Shown: piece after piece, positions 24,750 to 35,130 of the stretch
Layout: each line of letters begins with the position of its first letter
Numbering within the stretch: the first letter of the stretch is position 1
Source of the DNA: a virus
Lineage: Duplodnaviria; Caudoviricetes
IMG/VR virus record: IMGVR_UViG_3300009151_000076
Span: 1 to 62,494 of that record
Reading direction: 5' to 3' (one strand)
Length of the DNA stretch: 62,494 nucleotides
Made by a program: the position numbers and the translations under genes
The notes under the pieces: model-generated
The model's database searches: none
Told to the model about the DNA's origin: nothing
The model's input: the letters and a program-made list of their open reading frames with translations, nothing else

Positions 24750-25028
24750 TTACGCTCCGGAGAATGCTACAGGAACTGCCTGTACAGAAGAGTCAGAAGC
24801 GTTAGACGAGAGGTAATCTGTTGGATTCTTAACCAATAGAACTTCCTGGCCACCCACTACACTGATACTATATTTAGCTGTTGTATTTGCATAGTAACAT
24901 GTGACAAGATGAGCTGAAGCTGTTGTACCCATATGAGTAACTCTAACAAGAGTTGCTGCATTATATGTATTAGTGGTAGTCGTATTACATACTGCCTCTA
25001 ATGCTAATGGCTTTAAGATGTGTGTCAT
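24750..25028 (-). CDS. Small hypothetical virion-associated protein
   Basis: 92-aa beta-rich ORF in the head cluster, upstream of gp21. Confidence 0.7.
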   Translation of the reverse strand: MTHILKPLALEAVCNTTTTNTYNAATLVRVTHMGTTASAHLVTCYYANTTAKYSISVVGGQEVLLVKNPTDYLSSNASDSSVQAVPVAFSGA

Positions 25029-25978
25029 ACGTTCATCCCCGCGTGATCGACATTCATTCCTGGAAACGTCATTGGTGTATCTGACTCGTCTTCTTCTTCC
25101 TTGTGATTACCAAAGATCATATAGTCATGCACGTCTGAGACGAAGCTCTTTGCCTGTGCGATCTTTGCCTGTACCCATGGCTCAACATGCATTCCCTCTG
25201 GCATCGCCATAGCAAGATGCATAGCCTTATTAGCAAGAGCCTTAAGCTCAGACTTGACCATTTCGGCTGCCTCATCTGAAACACCACGAGGCTTATTATC
25301 ATGATCGGTGTATCCGTATCCTACTGCTGACTCATTGCGCTGCTTAGAATAGTAAGCTGCTAAAGCCATCTGCTTGCGCTTCTCTTTTGACTTACCTTTA
25401 AACTGAGGAGCATCTGATTTTTGAAAATCTTTAATAGTCTCACCCGCTGTTGTTGACTTAGTTAGAATTTCATCAAGTTCTACTTCTTCTTTTCGAGTTC
25501 TTCTAGCAAGCATAGCAGCACCAGCTTCTCTATTTTTAATTTTATTTTTAGGATAAAGAAGACCTCTGCTTATATCACTTTTTACAGCCGCCTGAGCATC
25601 TTTATATCTATCAAGAGTACCTCCAATTTTATCATTGAGCTCTTTGATGGTCTTCGTATCGTAGCACTCTGCCATGCCGTGAACTGGACACGCAACACCT
25701 TTAGCAGAGTGGTTGCACTGCGCATCTTCAGCTTTTTTTGCTTCGTATACTTTCTTGTCATCGCCTCTCTTGTGGCCATAATTCTTCATATTTGAACTAT
25801 AGTGATCTTTGGCGTCGGCGTTAGACTTATTGCCTACGCGGTCGTCGTGCTTCTCAACCTCGTGCTTAGCAGCAAACTTGACCTCGTCACCGGCCTTTGG
25901 CTCGTAGCCATCCAATGACATGGATCCTTTCTTGGATGACTTAACACCGTTTAAGATGTCTTTAAGCGTCTTGACCAT
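25025..25978 (-). CDS. Putative prohead core / internal head polyprotein
   Basis: Start MVKTLKDIL. Charged modules are separated by YE, IKE and LDE sites, including DFQKSDAPQFKGKSKEKRKQMALAAY. Occupies the gp68 position. Confidence 0.65.
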   Translation of the reverse strand: MVKTLKDILNGVKSSKKGSMSLDGYEPKAGDEVKFAAKHEVEKHDDRVGNKSNADAKDHYSSNMKNYGHKRGDDKKVYEAKKAEDAQCNHSAKGVACPVHGMAECYDTKTIKELNDKIGGTLDRYKDAQAAVKSDISRGLLYPKNKIKNREAGAAMLARRTRKEEVELDEILTKSTTAGETIKDFQKSDAPQFKGKSKEKRKQMALAAYYSKQRNESAVGYGYTDHDNKPRGVSDEAAEMVKSELKALANKAMHLAMAMPEGMHVEPWVQAKIAQAKSFVSDVHDYMIFGNHKEEEDESDTPMTFPGMNVDHAGMNV

Positions 25979-26153
25979 TGTCCTTGTCCTCTTCTTCTTG
26001 GTCTCTAAAAATCGTTTGAGCCATCTCTGTTTTCTTGTCATTGATCGCTATAGCTAGTCTGTCTACCATAAGCGAATTAAATGCGTTCTCAAACTCAATA
26101 GGCTGTTGATTTAGTGAGAACTTTACCAAGTCATCGGTTGTATATTCTGTCAT
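25962..26153 (-). CDS. Small prohead core protein (gp67-like by position)
   Basis: Small acidic protein directly after the portal gene. Confidence 0.65.
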   Translation of the reverse strand: MTEYTTDDLVKFSLNQQPIEFENAFNSLMVDRLAIAINDKKTEMAQTIFRDQEEEDKDNGQDA

Positions 26154-26165
26154 GTTTATCTCCAA

Positions 26166-27884
26166 CTATTTATTTTTTGCTAACACTTGAACCGCGGACT
26201 TAAACCTAGACTGCTCTTGCGGCGACCTATTCCCTTTCTTCTTTGACAGAAGATTTACTTGGGTCTTTGCGTCTGCTAGTTTTCTAATCTTATTGTCTGT
26301 CTCGGGCGTGGCGTCGGTGTCCTCGTCCGCTGCTAGAGGCTGCACCTCGTCGCTCTGCTCTTGGTCCATCATCATCTGCTGGTCCATAGGGTTCATCCAG
26401 CGCTCGTCGCCTGAGTTAGCTTCCTCGTCAATCTGCTCATCCATCTCCTCGATGTCTTCGTCAGACTGTTGTAGTATATTCTTACGTGCCCACTCATGTG
26501 ACCAGTACTTACCTAGGAACTCTTGAACGTTGCGAACTAGGTTAACACGGTTCTCAATCATCTCGCCGTCTTTGAGCTCGGCGAAATAATTATCCTTAGA
26601 GAAGTCATACTTAATATCTTGCTGGATATTATCAAAGTCCTCAATAGACATGACCTGCTTAAGTACTAGTTGCTTCTCAAGCATTCTGGTAAATAGAATA
26701 GCAAACTTATTACGAAGGCGTGATATGAATCTATCAAACTTAAGCTCGTCTCTAGTCACCTCTGTAGCACGACCAAGCGAGAACAAGGCGTCTGAATTGA
26801 GGCGATTAATAGGAACGTTAAGTGTCTGGTATAGTTTCTTTTGGAAGTATAGAACGTCATCCATCTGACCGAGTGTCTGACCACCGGGAAGTGTTGTCAC
26901 CTCTGTACCTCTACCACCCTCGCGGCGTGGCAGCCAGTAATCTTCCAACATAGTCATAAACTTACGATCGTCGCGAACCTCGCCGGTCGCACCGTCATAG
27001 ATAAGACGATTCTTATGCTTGGTCATGATGTCTTTAAGATACTGCTCAGCCTTCATCTTAGGAAGGTTACCAACGTCAATGTACCACACTCTGCGCTCTG
27101 GTGCTCTTGCTAGTCTATAGATAACAAGTGCATCTTCCAGTGCCCTCAGCTGGTTCAACGCTTTAATAGCTTTGTGCATATAGGAGAGAACCATCGTTCC
27201 CTGCGTGTCGGTTAAACCCGACGTAATGTGTAGGATAGAGTCCTTTGCGATCTTCAATCCAGAAGTGGCAGGACCAACAGTCTTATTGCCATAGCTGAAT
27301 CCCTTGTCATTGAAGACATAGTACTCATTTTGGACTTTCTGTATGTAAGACTCATTAGTGACGTCGCCCTTGACCTTTTGTTTACTGATCTCACGAACTT
27401 TACGGATCTTGCGTGGGTCGATATAGCGAACTTCTTTGATACCCATCTTAGGATCGTTCTTATCTATCAGTACATGATAGTAGAGGCGACCATCAACGTA
27501 CCAGCGACGATAGATCTCATACGCATGCTTTTGGAAGTCAAGGATATTTAAGATGTTATTAAACTCGTCCCGGATAGCCTTCTTCATTTGATCCGAGATG
27601 TTGATATTATCAAGGTTTACTGAAACAATATTTGGCTCGTCTATAGCCATTGTCTCGTTGACTATCTCGTCAACCGCCGCGTCGATCTCTGGCTGAAGTG
27701 CCATCTCTCTATATTTTGTTACTAGCTCTGCTTCTGTTCTTACCGTACCGTCCAGGTCGATATAAGTGCCAAAGCTAGCACCCGCTGCAACTACTACGGC
27801 CCCATCGTCTTGGTCCTTCGGAGCGAACGTTGCGATGGGGTCGTTAGGTAATTTTCTTTTAAACTCGAAACCGAATAATTCCAT
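26166..27884 (-). CDS. gp20: Portal protein
   Basis: LFGF, WYVDGR, EDALVIYRLARAPERRVWYIDVGNLPK.KAEQY, EDYWLPRREGGRGTE. Confidence 0.98.
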   Translation of the reverse strand: MELFGFEFKRKLPNDPIATFAPKDQDDGAVVVAAGASFGTYIDLDGTVRTEAELVTKYREMALQPEIDAAVDEIVNETMAIDEPNIVSVNLDNINISDQMKKAIRDEFNNILNILDFQKHAYEIYRRWYVDGRLYYHVLIDKNDPKMGIKEVRYIDPRKIRKVREISKQKVKGDVTNESYIQKVQNEYYVFNDKGFSYGNKTVGPATSGLKIAKDSILHITSGLTDTQGTMVLSYMHKAIKALNQLRALEDALVIYRLARAPERRVWYIDVGNLPKMKAEQYLKDIMTKHKNRLIYDGATGEVRDDRKFMTMLEDYWLPRREGGRGTEVTTLPGGQTLGQMDDVLYFQKKLYQTLNVPINRLNSDALFSLGRATEVTRDELKFDRFISRLRNKFAILFTRMLEKQLVLKQVMSIEDFDNIQQDIKYDFSKDNYFAELKDGEMIENRVNLVRNVQEFLGKYWSHEWARKNILQQSDEDIEEMDEQIDEEANSGDERWMNPMDQQMMMDQEQSDEVQPLAADEDTDATPETDNKIRKLADAKTQVNLLSKKKGNRSPQEQSRFKSAVQVLAKNK

Positions 27885-27896
27885 ATTGCTCTCCAA

Positions 27897-27930
27897 AGAG
27901 GAAGTGGCTAGTTAGTTGTGCCCCTTCCTG
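27897..27930 (-). terminator. Possible weak terminator/hairpin after gp19
   Basis: AGGAAG-GGGC..GCC-ACTTCCT followed by CTTT. Confidence 0.35.
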
Positions 27931-27965
27931 TAATAATATATCAAGAGGCTATGCCTACTCTACTT

Positions 27966-28562
27966 TTACGTAGAGATAGGTGATATAGCCTGTCCTAAGT
28001 AAGGATTAACGGTCTCGTCACGAGGCAGCCAGTAATCATATGTAAATGTTGTAGTAAACGTTTCGATCTGGTTCTGTGAGTCCCAGTCAAGCGTGATGGC
28101 GTCGACGACTGTTGGGAACGCGCCGATGATATCATACGCTCTAATTTGAGAACCGTCCTTACCGTACTGAATGACCGTCAGGTCAGTCTTGTAAGAGTTC
28201 TCATTGAGAGAGTATAGTGTATCGCGAACGTTTGACTCCATACGATTTAGAGAGTTTGACCACTTCTCAAACATCGAGCGAACTAAGAAGTCTTCGTCGT
28301 TCATCACCGTGACCGACCAGTCTGCGAATGTTCTATCTCCGGCAACCTTGACCTTACGTCCGAAGTAAGGGATCTCGACGTTACCGATGGTCGCTGCAGG
28401 GAGCTGGGCTGCCCTGCAGGTAAATCTAAACTTGTCTGCTGAGGATTGATCTGCGCCGACCCCGACCGGAATTCTAAGATATACTTCGAAAAGTGCCGGA
28501 CGAGTTCCACCAAATGTTAGCCCTCTAGACTTGAAGGTACTAATATTAAAACCTGATGCCAT
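27966..28562 (-). CDS. gp19: Tail tube protein
   Basis: GGTRP.LF, CRAAQLP, YFGRKVKVAGDRTFADWSVTVMNDEDF, F.YDYW. Confidence 0.97.
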   Translation of the reverse strand: MASGFNISTFKSRGLTFGGTRPALFEVYLRIPVGVGADQSSADKFRFTCRAAQLPAATIGNVEIPYFGRKVKVAGDRTFADWSVTVMNDEDFLVRSMFEKWSNSLNRMESNVRDTLYSLNENSYKTDLTVIQYGKDGSQIRAYDIIGAFPTVVDAITLDWDSQNQIETFTTTFTYDYWLPRDETVNPYLGQAISPIST

Positions 28563-28589
28563 TTGTGTTCTCCTTATTATTCTTATTTA

Positions 28590-30704
28590 TCAGAATTTAC
28601 CGATGATTTCTGAGAACTGAACACCAGTACGAACAGCAACAAAGTTAAGCTGAATGTAGTTGATGGAACGGGCCGGCTTGATGTAGATGTCACCAATGAA
28701 CCTGTTACCGTCAATAACCTCAGCCGTATTGTTTGTTCCATCGCAGACCACTGTATAGTCAGTGATACCACGACGACCCTGGATGTCTCTCAGATAAGGA
28801 TTCACAAGGGCCTTAAACTGTGCTCTCGTGAAGTCATCGTTGAACTCAAACAGGAAGAACTTAGCTGCTGTAGCAATTGCCTTCTCTAGGACGATGAAGA
28901 GACGACGAACGTTGATGTGATCGAACGCCGATGCCTTAGACTGTAGTGTCTTATCACCGAATAGAACTGTTCCCTGACCAGGGAACGTAACCACTGGGTT
29001 TACGTTGTGCGAGTACAGAAGATCTCTATCGGCCTTCGAAGGATTATAGCGAAGCTTGACGAGGTTCTTGATCTGTCCACGATTGAAGCCCGCAGGCGAC
29101 CACCATGGATCGCGTATATTATCCGTGCGAACACAGAGTCCACCGATATCACCGTTCGTTGGTACATAGCGGTATACGTCATTGTAGCGATCGTACATGT
29201 ACTTATATCCAGAGTCCATGACTGCATAGCTACTGTCATGAAGAGCACCACGGAAGTTAACTAACGACGTGGCCTCTGCGCCAGGATTAGATCTAACTAA
29301 GTTATCATCTGGCGAGATAAGAACTATACAGTCTTTTCTAACCTCTGCGATATTATCGATGAGATAATTAGCCAACTGAAAGTTGCTTATAGTCTGACCA
29401 TTTACTACTGTCGTGCCACCGGTCGGCTTACCCTGAAGGATCAAGGCAACATCAACGTCTTCCGATGAGATGTACTTGTCGTATCCAGTAGCTAAGACTG
29501 ATAGAGGGGCTGTAGTCTCTGTGTAACCATCTGTACCACCGGTAAAATCGAAGTCAAAAACACGATTAGTATTGGTAAGATTAGCTGCTGTTGCAGACTC
29601 GATACCCATGGTCTCATTAACAGCCCAAACATACTTAGAAGACTGGTTGATTACATCTTTCCAGAAGTTACCTGCGCCACCAACGGTGGTAGCGTCTGTA
29701 GCTCTTGAAAGATTCGTGTATGTTTCTAAGACTGTTCCTGGGGATCCTGTAAACTTACCTAAACTATCAGTTATGACAATATGGATACCATCGACAACAC
29801 TTGGGTTAAATGTAGCTTGATAGTCTGTAGTTTTTGGAGCTGAACCAGTTGTTGGCGCATGCTGCCATGAACGCTTAATGATGCTATTATCTGTATATCC
29901 AGTATTATAGTTGGTTGACAACTTATAAGTCGTGGTGAACGTGATGTTAGCCGCTGCAGTGTCAGAACCGCCACCGATGACGAACGAAGCGGCACCAACA
30001 GAAGCAACTTGAAGAAGTTGTGTTCCGATAGATGCGTTACCAACAGTGATAAAGTCACCAACTGCAACGTTAGCTACGAAAGCTGCTCCGAAGGTATTAG
30101 CTTGTGTCTGGGTTACAGATGCTGTAGTATTAGCTTTAAAGTAAACCACTGCGGTGTTTGATCCAACCGCAATAGAGACGTTCGCTGAAACGTCTACAGC
30201 ACTAGGAGAATCTAGACCCTTGGCATAAAAACTTGATGAGTATCCATTAGTACCTGTAACTACATAAATCGATAACGAGTCACCCATGCTTCCAGGATAC
30301 TTAGCAACAAAGAGTACGCTGCTATCAAATGATCCGACCTTGTGCTCAAAGTCTGTGTTATTTAAGATAACTGGATTAGATGAGACAGTGTCATAGTTCG
30401 CATATGCATTTCTTGCGGCTATAGAGCTAGAGGCCACAGCAGACGTGTTTGCAGCACGAACAACAAACAGGCTGTTTCCATACGATAAGAAGTTAGAAGC
30501 CGTGAACCACGTCTCAAAATTGGTTGAGTTCGGCATACCGAACATCGATACCAGTTTTGTTTCGGTATCTACGAGAACACGCTCGTTTACCGGACCCCAG
30601 TTGAATATACCGGCGATTGCACCGGTTGAAGTAGCGACCGCTGGTACGATCGAGGTTAAGTCGATCTCGGTAACGTTTACTCCAGGACTAAGCTGAAATG
30701 CCAT
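28590..30704 (-). CDS. gp18: Tail sheath protein
   Basis: SPGVNVTEIDL, PWWSPAGFNRG, FDHINVRRLF, KPARSINYIQLNFVA. Confidence 0.98.
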   Translation of the reverse strand: MAFQLSPGVNVTEIDLTSIVPAVATSTGAIAGIFNWGPVNERVLVDTETKLVSMFGMPNSTNFETWFTASNFLSYGNSLFVVRAANTSAVASSSIAARNAYANYDTVSSNPVILNNTDFEHKVGSFDSSVLFVAKYPGSMGDSLSIYVVTGTNGYSSSFYAKGLDSPSAVDVSANVSIAVGSNTAVVYFKANTTASVTQTQANTFGAAFVANVAVGDFITVGNASIGTQLLQVASVGAASFVIGGGSDTAAANITFTTTYKLSTNYNTGYTDNSIIKRSWQHAPTTGSAPKTTDYQATFNPSVVDGIHIVITDSLGKFTGSPGTVLETYTNLSRATDATTVGGAGNFWKDVINQSSKYVWAVNETMGIESATAANLTNTNRVFDFDFTGGTDGYTETTAPLSVLATGYDKYISSEDVDVALILQGKPTGGTTVVNGQTISNFQLANYLIDNIAEVRKDCIVLISPDDNLVRSNPGAEATSLVNFRGALHDSSYAVMDSGYKYMYDRYNDVYRYVPTNGDIGGLCVRTDNIRDPWWSPAGFNRGQIKNLVKLRYNPSKADRDLLYSHNVNPVVTFPGQGTVLFGDKTLQSKASAFDHINVRRLFIVLEKAIATAAKFFLFEFNDDFTRAQFKALVNPYLRDIQGRRGITDYTVVCDGTNNTAEVIDGNRFIGDIYIKPARSINYIQLNFVAVRTGVQFSEIIGKF

Positions 30705-30748
30705 CTTTATCTCCTTCCATGGAAAAAGGCTTTGAGTTTATTTTCTAT

Positions 30749-30756
30749 TATTTATA
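30749..30756 (-). promoter_or_regulatory. Late promoter TATAAATA (gp18)
   Basis: Exact consensus overlapping the gp17 stop codon. Confidence 0.75.
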
Positions 30757-32389
30757 AAAATTGGTTTTCATCACTCGTAAGCCAATTCCTCATAGGAGTA
30801 TCGATGATCTCATCTAGGGAATCCCCTACATCAACGTACCCAAAAGGGGTTAGGTCATTCATTATATCATCTTCTGTTCTGTCTCTGAGTTTCATCAGAG
30901 TATTTATGTTGGTGTACTCTTTAAAATACTGCTGATCGGTCATCCAAGCAAATAGCACCAATCCCATGACGATATCGTCGTGACAACCGGTCTCAGCCTC
31001 ATAACTATTTAAATGTTTTGAGAATGTACTTAACTCTTTGATAGTATTTGTGTCGTTGATGATCAGCTGGTTCTGCTCTATCAAGAGCTTTAATAGCGCG
31101 CAGCCGATAGATTTAACTGGCTTGGTTGTTCTGACACCCTTATCGACCCCGGTACTTATTCCAAATCCGGACGTGATTCTTTTACCCGCCCTGCCGGCAT
31201 TTTCAGTAAATATAATGTTCTCGTACTCAAAATCTGTGTGTAAAGCATTGGCTACCTGGTCGCCGATGTCATTTATCTCAACCAAGACGGAAGCACCGTT
31301 GTATCTCTTTGCCAACTGAAATATGAACTCTGCGTAGTCGGCCGGAGTTATGAGGTTATTTCTAAACACACACACCTGTTTATAAGGCATAGCTGTAACG
31401 TCAATCACGCTGAACGCAGAGTAATCGAGTCCTTTACCCCTTGATACGTCACAGATTATAGAGTACAAGTGATTTTCTTCCGGCATCTCGTAGACTGTCA
31501 AACCATCCTTGTCATGGATTGACGACTTAGCCACAAGCTCTTTGAGCTTCCAACCGGCAATAAGAGTTCCAGAGCTACCCATGAACTCAACGCAGTACTC
31601 TTGCTCAAACTTCTCTGAGTCAAAGTTCATGGCAGAGAGAGTGTCTAACTTCCACTGCTCATCTCTACCCGGGACGTCATACCACATGACCTTGATCGGG
31701 TTGTACCCGTTCTTTCCATTAACGGCGTTCTGCCAGGTTGAGTGAAAGTGATTTAGTCCGTTGGGTGTAGAGACTAAGACGATCTTAGACTCTTGTCCAG
31801 AAGAGATCGTAGGATACACCGACGTAAAGAACTGATCCCAGTTCTCGATAAAAGCCGCCTCATCAATGAAGAGCAAGTTGATCGAGTAACCGCGAATGGC
31901 GTCGGCCGACGTCGCTGCAGCGATGACCCTAGAGTTGTTCTCAAGAACGAACGATCCTTTGTTCCACTCAACAACTCCTTGCTGAAGCCACTTAGGAAGG
32001 TGCTCATAAGCCAGCTGAACGCGACCAAGAATCTCTCGGGCCGTATCTCCTTTATTTGCAAGAAGCGCGACGGTCTTATCGGCATGAAAAATTATATACC
32101 ATAAGATAAAAGCACACGTAGTGGTTGACTTACCAGCCTGACGCGCCGTTGCAATTACGGTGAACCTATTATCTTTCATCGACCTTAACATAACTTTTTG
32201 ATATTTATAAAGCTTAAAGCTCATGAGACCACGATCCACGTTAATGATCTTCATGTACTTCTCAGTAAAGTATACTGGGTCTTGAGCACACTTTATGTAC
32301 TCTCCAACCATGTCTTTATCAAATTGTATCTTTTGATTGGAACGCTTTATAAGAGCGTTGCCGTTATAGCTCTTTATCAGCTGTTCCAT
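30752..32389 (-). CDS. gp17: Terminase large subunit
   Basis: RQAGKST Walker A, FIDEAAF Walker B, STPNG, DVSRGKGLDYS, HDDIVM. Confidence 0.98.
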   Translation of the reverse strand: MEQLIKSYNGNALIKRSNQKIQFDKDMVGEYIKCAQDPVYFTEKYMKIINVDRGLMSFKLYKYQKVMLRSMKDNRFTVIATARQAGKSTTTCAFILWYIIFHADKTVALLANKGDTAREILGRVQLAYEHLPKWLQQGVVEWNKGSFVLENNSRVIAAATSADAIRGYSINLLFIDEAAFIENWDQFFTSVYPTISSGQESKIVLVSTPNGLNHFHSTWQNAVNGKNGYNPIKVMWYDVPGRDEQWKLDTLSAMNFDSEKFEQEYCVEFMGSSGTLIAGWKLKELVAKSSIHDKDGLTVYEMPEENHLYSIICDVSRGKGLDYSAFSVIDVTAMPYKQVCVFRNNLITPADYAEFIFQLAKRYNGASVLVEINDIGDQVANALHTDFEYENIIFTENAGRAGKRITSGFGISTGVDKGVRTTKPVKSIGCALLKLLIEQNQLIINDTNTIKELSTFSKHLNSYEAETGCHDDIVMGLVLFAWMTDQQYFKEYTNINTLMKLRDRTEDDIMNDLTPFGYVDVGDSLDEIIDTPMRNWLTSDENQFL

Positions 32390-32792
32390 TTTTCATATTC
32401 TCTAGTACTTTTTGTAGCTCGGCCGTTGAGCCTACAAATAAGTTGTTGGTGATGCTCTTTGCATCTTGATTGTGTGGCTCGTCAACCGCTTGAATCTCTC
32501 TAACTTTTTTCTGAAGATCCATAAGATCTTTATTGGCGTCAAGCATCACTTTATAGAGACCGCCTAAAACTTCAAACGCCCTAGGGTGTTGACTCTGATC
32601 TGCTATCTGCGATAACTTCTCGATGGCGAACGTACCGTTCTGAATTATCTCGTGTATGTTGGTCCTGGCAATGTTGAAGTCTGCCAAAGCGCTGTCGTCA
32701 CTCCCTTTGGCTATTATCTGTTTTACTTGATCTTCTATCGGTGATATATTCAAGGCTTTTCCAATCGAATCATTATTACTTGTGTCTGTCAT
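32364..32792 (-). CDS. gp16: Terminase small subunit
   Basis: SQHPRAFEV, NNLFVGSTAELQK. Confidence 0.95.
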   Translation of the reverse strand: MTDTSNNDSIGKALNISPIEDQVKQIIAKGSDDSALADFNIARTNIHEIIQNGTFAIEKLSQIADQSQHPRAFEVLGGLYKVMLDANKDLMDLQKKVREIQAVDEPHNQDAKSITNNLFVGSTAELQKVLENMKNGTADKEL

Positions 32793-33619
32793 GTTGTAAG
32801 GTCTGTCGTTGTTGTTATAAATCCAAAGTTACTGGTGGCGGTTATTAAGTTAGGATCTATAGTGTTTGCTATATTAGAAGTCGGCTGTCCGTTGGCCGTT
32901 AATCCAGGCTGTACTATAGTTACTGTAGCTGGACCTGCAACACCAATAGAAGACGGTATGGCTGTGTCTGGGGCATATACCGTCGTATTGGCAAATTTGA
33001 TAATCGCACCGCTCTTGATCGGACCATACAGGTATCCTTTGAGGGTAAAGTCTAGAGTCCAAGTCATGTGCTGTCTTTCAGAGAAAGAGCCGTCGTATGT
33101 ATCTACATGACTTACCGAATTAAGTATTACGGGTATGTCCATAGTTATATCCATCTCTGGAATAAGATGAACGGACGTTGTCCAGTCTGGAGTAAAGTAT
33201 GGAAGGATCTGCTCTACTATCTTTGTACCGTCCTCGGTGTTCTTTACAGCCAAGTATAATTTAAATTCAAAGTTATATGGGACGGGACTATACTGATACT
33301 TCATCTTGTTTGCGCTTGTTGGATCAGAAACAGCGGTCCTCTTTGTTGTAGGGAGCTTTCTGTTACCGTCGTACGACAGCCCGGTCATCTCAAAAGATAT
33401 AACCGGCATGGTGATCATCGCCGATGTCTTTTGAATGTTTGGGTCTTGAAGTACCCTTGCGAGCATCTTATCTTTAGATGCATATGTTATAGGAACTTTA
33501 ATGAACTGCTTAACATTACCACTTCCGTCTGTCCTACTTATATTTACGTCGTCAAACAGAGTACCAAACAATGTTACGTACTTTCTTATCAGCGAGAAGT
33601 AAAAGTTTTGCTTAAACAT
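32789..33619 (-). CDS. gp15: Tail sheath stabilizer / tail terminator
   Basis: FGTLFDD, KVPITY, PVPYN, IVEQILPYFTP, WTLDFTLKGYLYGP. Confidence 0.96.
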   Translation of the reverse strand: MFKQNFYFSLIRKYVTLFGTLFDDVNISRTDGSGNVKQFIKVPITYASKDKMLARVLQDPNIQKTSAMITMPVISFEMTGLSYDGNRKLPTTKRTAVSDPTSANKMKYQYSPVPYNFEFKLYLAVKNTEDGTKIVEQILPYFTPDWTTSVHLIPEMDITMDIPVILNSVSHVDTYDGSFSERQHMTWTLDFTLKGYLYGPIKSGAIIKFANTTVYAPDTAIPSSIGVAGPATVTIVQPGLTANGQPTSNIANTIDPNLITATSNFGFITTTTDLTT

Positions 33620-34362
33620 TATACGACCCCATCGCTGAATGGATCTATAGCAGAAAAATCTATAAACGAAGACGAACCCGTTGGGTGGTTATTTGACCCG
33701 TCTTTTAGCTCTTGGTTAATCTGACCCGGGAGGTTAAAGTCTGCATAGCTCTCTAAGACAAGGTAGTTATTATCACCCTCATCGATATAGAAGCTTCCAT
33801 CCTCCGCCAATATAGCCCAGTTAAGAACGTTAGTGCTGTAGTTTGCCTGTATAGAGTCAATAGCATCGATACCCGTGTCAAAGAACTCATCTGAGTACTC
33901 AAACACTTCGCAGGTCATCTCCCATGTCTGAAGCGCGTTTAGCTGGTAAAACATCTCGAACTTGTTTACATATTTTATCTGGAATATTCTCCCGTTTAAT
34001 GGGAAGAATATAAGATCACCTTCTCTAGGGCGCACAAAGTTTGTCCAAGCTCCAATCTCATCGTTAAATACTTTTTGTGACATCGAGAACACAACTTGAT
34101 CTCTAACCTCAAGACCAAACTTAGACATGAAGCTTCCATCGCCGCCAAAGCCGTCGACAGACTTTATGTACATCTCAACAGAGTACGACTGGTTATAGTA
34201 AGACTGATCATCGGACATGAGAAGGCCATCATAGTTACCAAGATTACGCGGGACGTATAACATGTCCTGCCCATAGATACGTATGGACTCTATGATAAGA
34301 TCCTCTATGAGGAGCTGCTCTTCACTGGTAGCAAAGTTATTGAAGTAAAAATTGGTACCCAT
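33619..34362 (-). CDS. gp14: Neck protein
   Basis: EQLLIEDLIIESIRIYG, SKFGLEVRD, RPREGDLIFFP, DPF C-terminus. Confidence 0.96.
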   Translation of the reverse strand: MGTNFYFNNFATSEEQLLIEDLIIESIRIYGQDMLYVPRNLGNYDGLLMSDDQSYYNQSYSVEMYIKSVDGFGGDGSFMSKFGLEVRDQVVFSMSQKVFNDEIGAWTNFVRPREGDLIFFPLNGRIFQIKYVNKFEMFYQLNALQTWEMTCEVFEYSDEFFDTGIDAIDSIQANYSTNVLNWAILAEDGSFYIDEGDNNYLVLESYADFNLPGQINQELKDGSNNHPTGSSSFIDFSAIDPFSDGVV

Positions 34363-34365
34363 AAA

Positions 34366-35106
34366 TTATCCGATCATGTCGGCTACAGGCAAGCTGTAGG
34401 TAAAGATCATCTCTTGCTCTAGCTCCTTGCGCTCCTCGGTAGCCTCATCAAATATAGCCTGACCGTTAAAGCTAACACCACCTGGCAACTGCATACCATT
34501 ATACTTCTTGATATTGTTTCCCCACTGTTGCTTAATCAAGCAAGAGGCGTATCTCTGTAGCCAACGATCTGACCACACACTCGAGTAAAGTTCAGGGTCA
34601 ACAATCTGATAAGCCTCAACGACAATATAGTCACCGACATTCATGATGCTCCAGTCCATGTCTATGTATAGTTTATTGACATGTCGGTTATATCTAATAG
34701 GTTGCTGCCCAACTAACATCTGCTCTAAGAACTGAATGTGTGTGAGCGCCATATAGTATGGCACCATGGATACGGACGTAAGTGTATATAGATCGTTTAA
34801 GGCAATCTGGTAGCGTATGTTAAAGAGATTATTAGTGTTAAGAGCTTGGCCGACTGGAAATATATTAACTGCCCCGATGATATTATCCGGAAGAGTAATA
34901 TATCTGTTAGTCTTATCCTCTTGTGTGACGACCTTCTTATAATAAGTCTTGTCTGAGCCATCAAAGTGATAATCCCAATAGTAGCGGAGAGCCTCATCGA
35001 TACGGTCATCGACTTGGTCTGGATCGACGTTGATCTCAATAACTGGCTTACCTAGCTTGCGAAGACAAAACTCGGCAAATGCTGCTCTTGTTGTTGGGAC
35101 TGTCAT
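34366..35106 (-). CDS. gp13: Neck protein
   Basis: LRKLGKPVIEINV, YHFDG, KQQWG.N..KY.GMQLPGGVSFNG. Confidence 0.96.
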   Translation of the reverse strand: MTVPTTRAAFAEFCLRKLGKPVIEINVDPDQVDDRIDEALRYYWDYHFDGSDKTYYKKVVTQEDKTNRYITLPDNIIGAVNIFPVGQALNTNNLFNIRYQIALNDLYTLTSVSMVPYYMALTHIQFLEQMLVGQQPIRYNRHVNKLYIDMDWSIMNVGDYIVVEAYQIVDPELYSSVWSDRWLQRYASCLIKQQWGNNIKKYNGMQLPGGVSFNGQAIFDEATEERKELEQEMIFTYSLPVADMIG

Positions 35107-35130
35107 CTCTATTCCTCTTTACTATATTTA

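Noticed and set aside
32202-32209. TATAAATA inside gp17
   Set aside because: It lies within coding sequence with no supporting context, so it may be chance.
15165-35106. Introns, inteins or stop-codon reassignment in core genes
   Set aside because: gp46, gp47, uvsW, gp17, gp18, gp20 and gp23 are continuous and of expected size under the standard code. TAA, TAG and TGA are all used as stops in the window.
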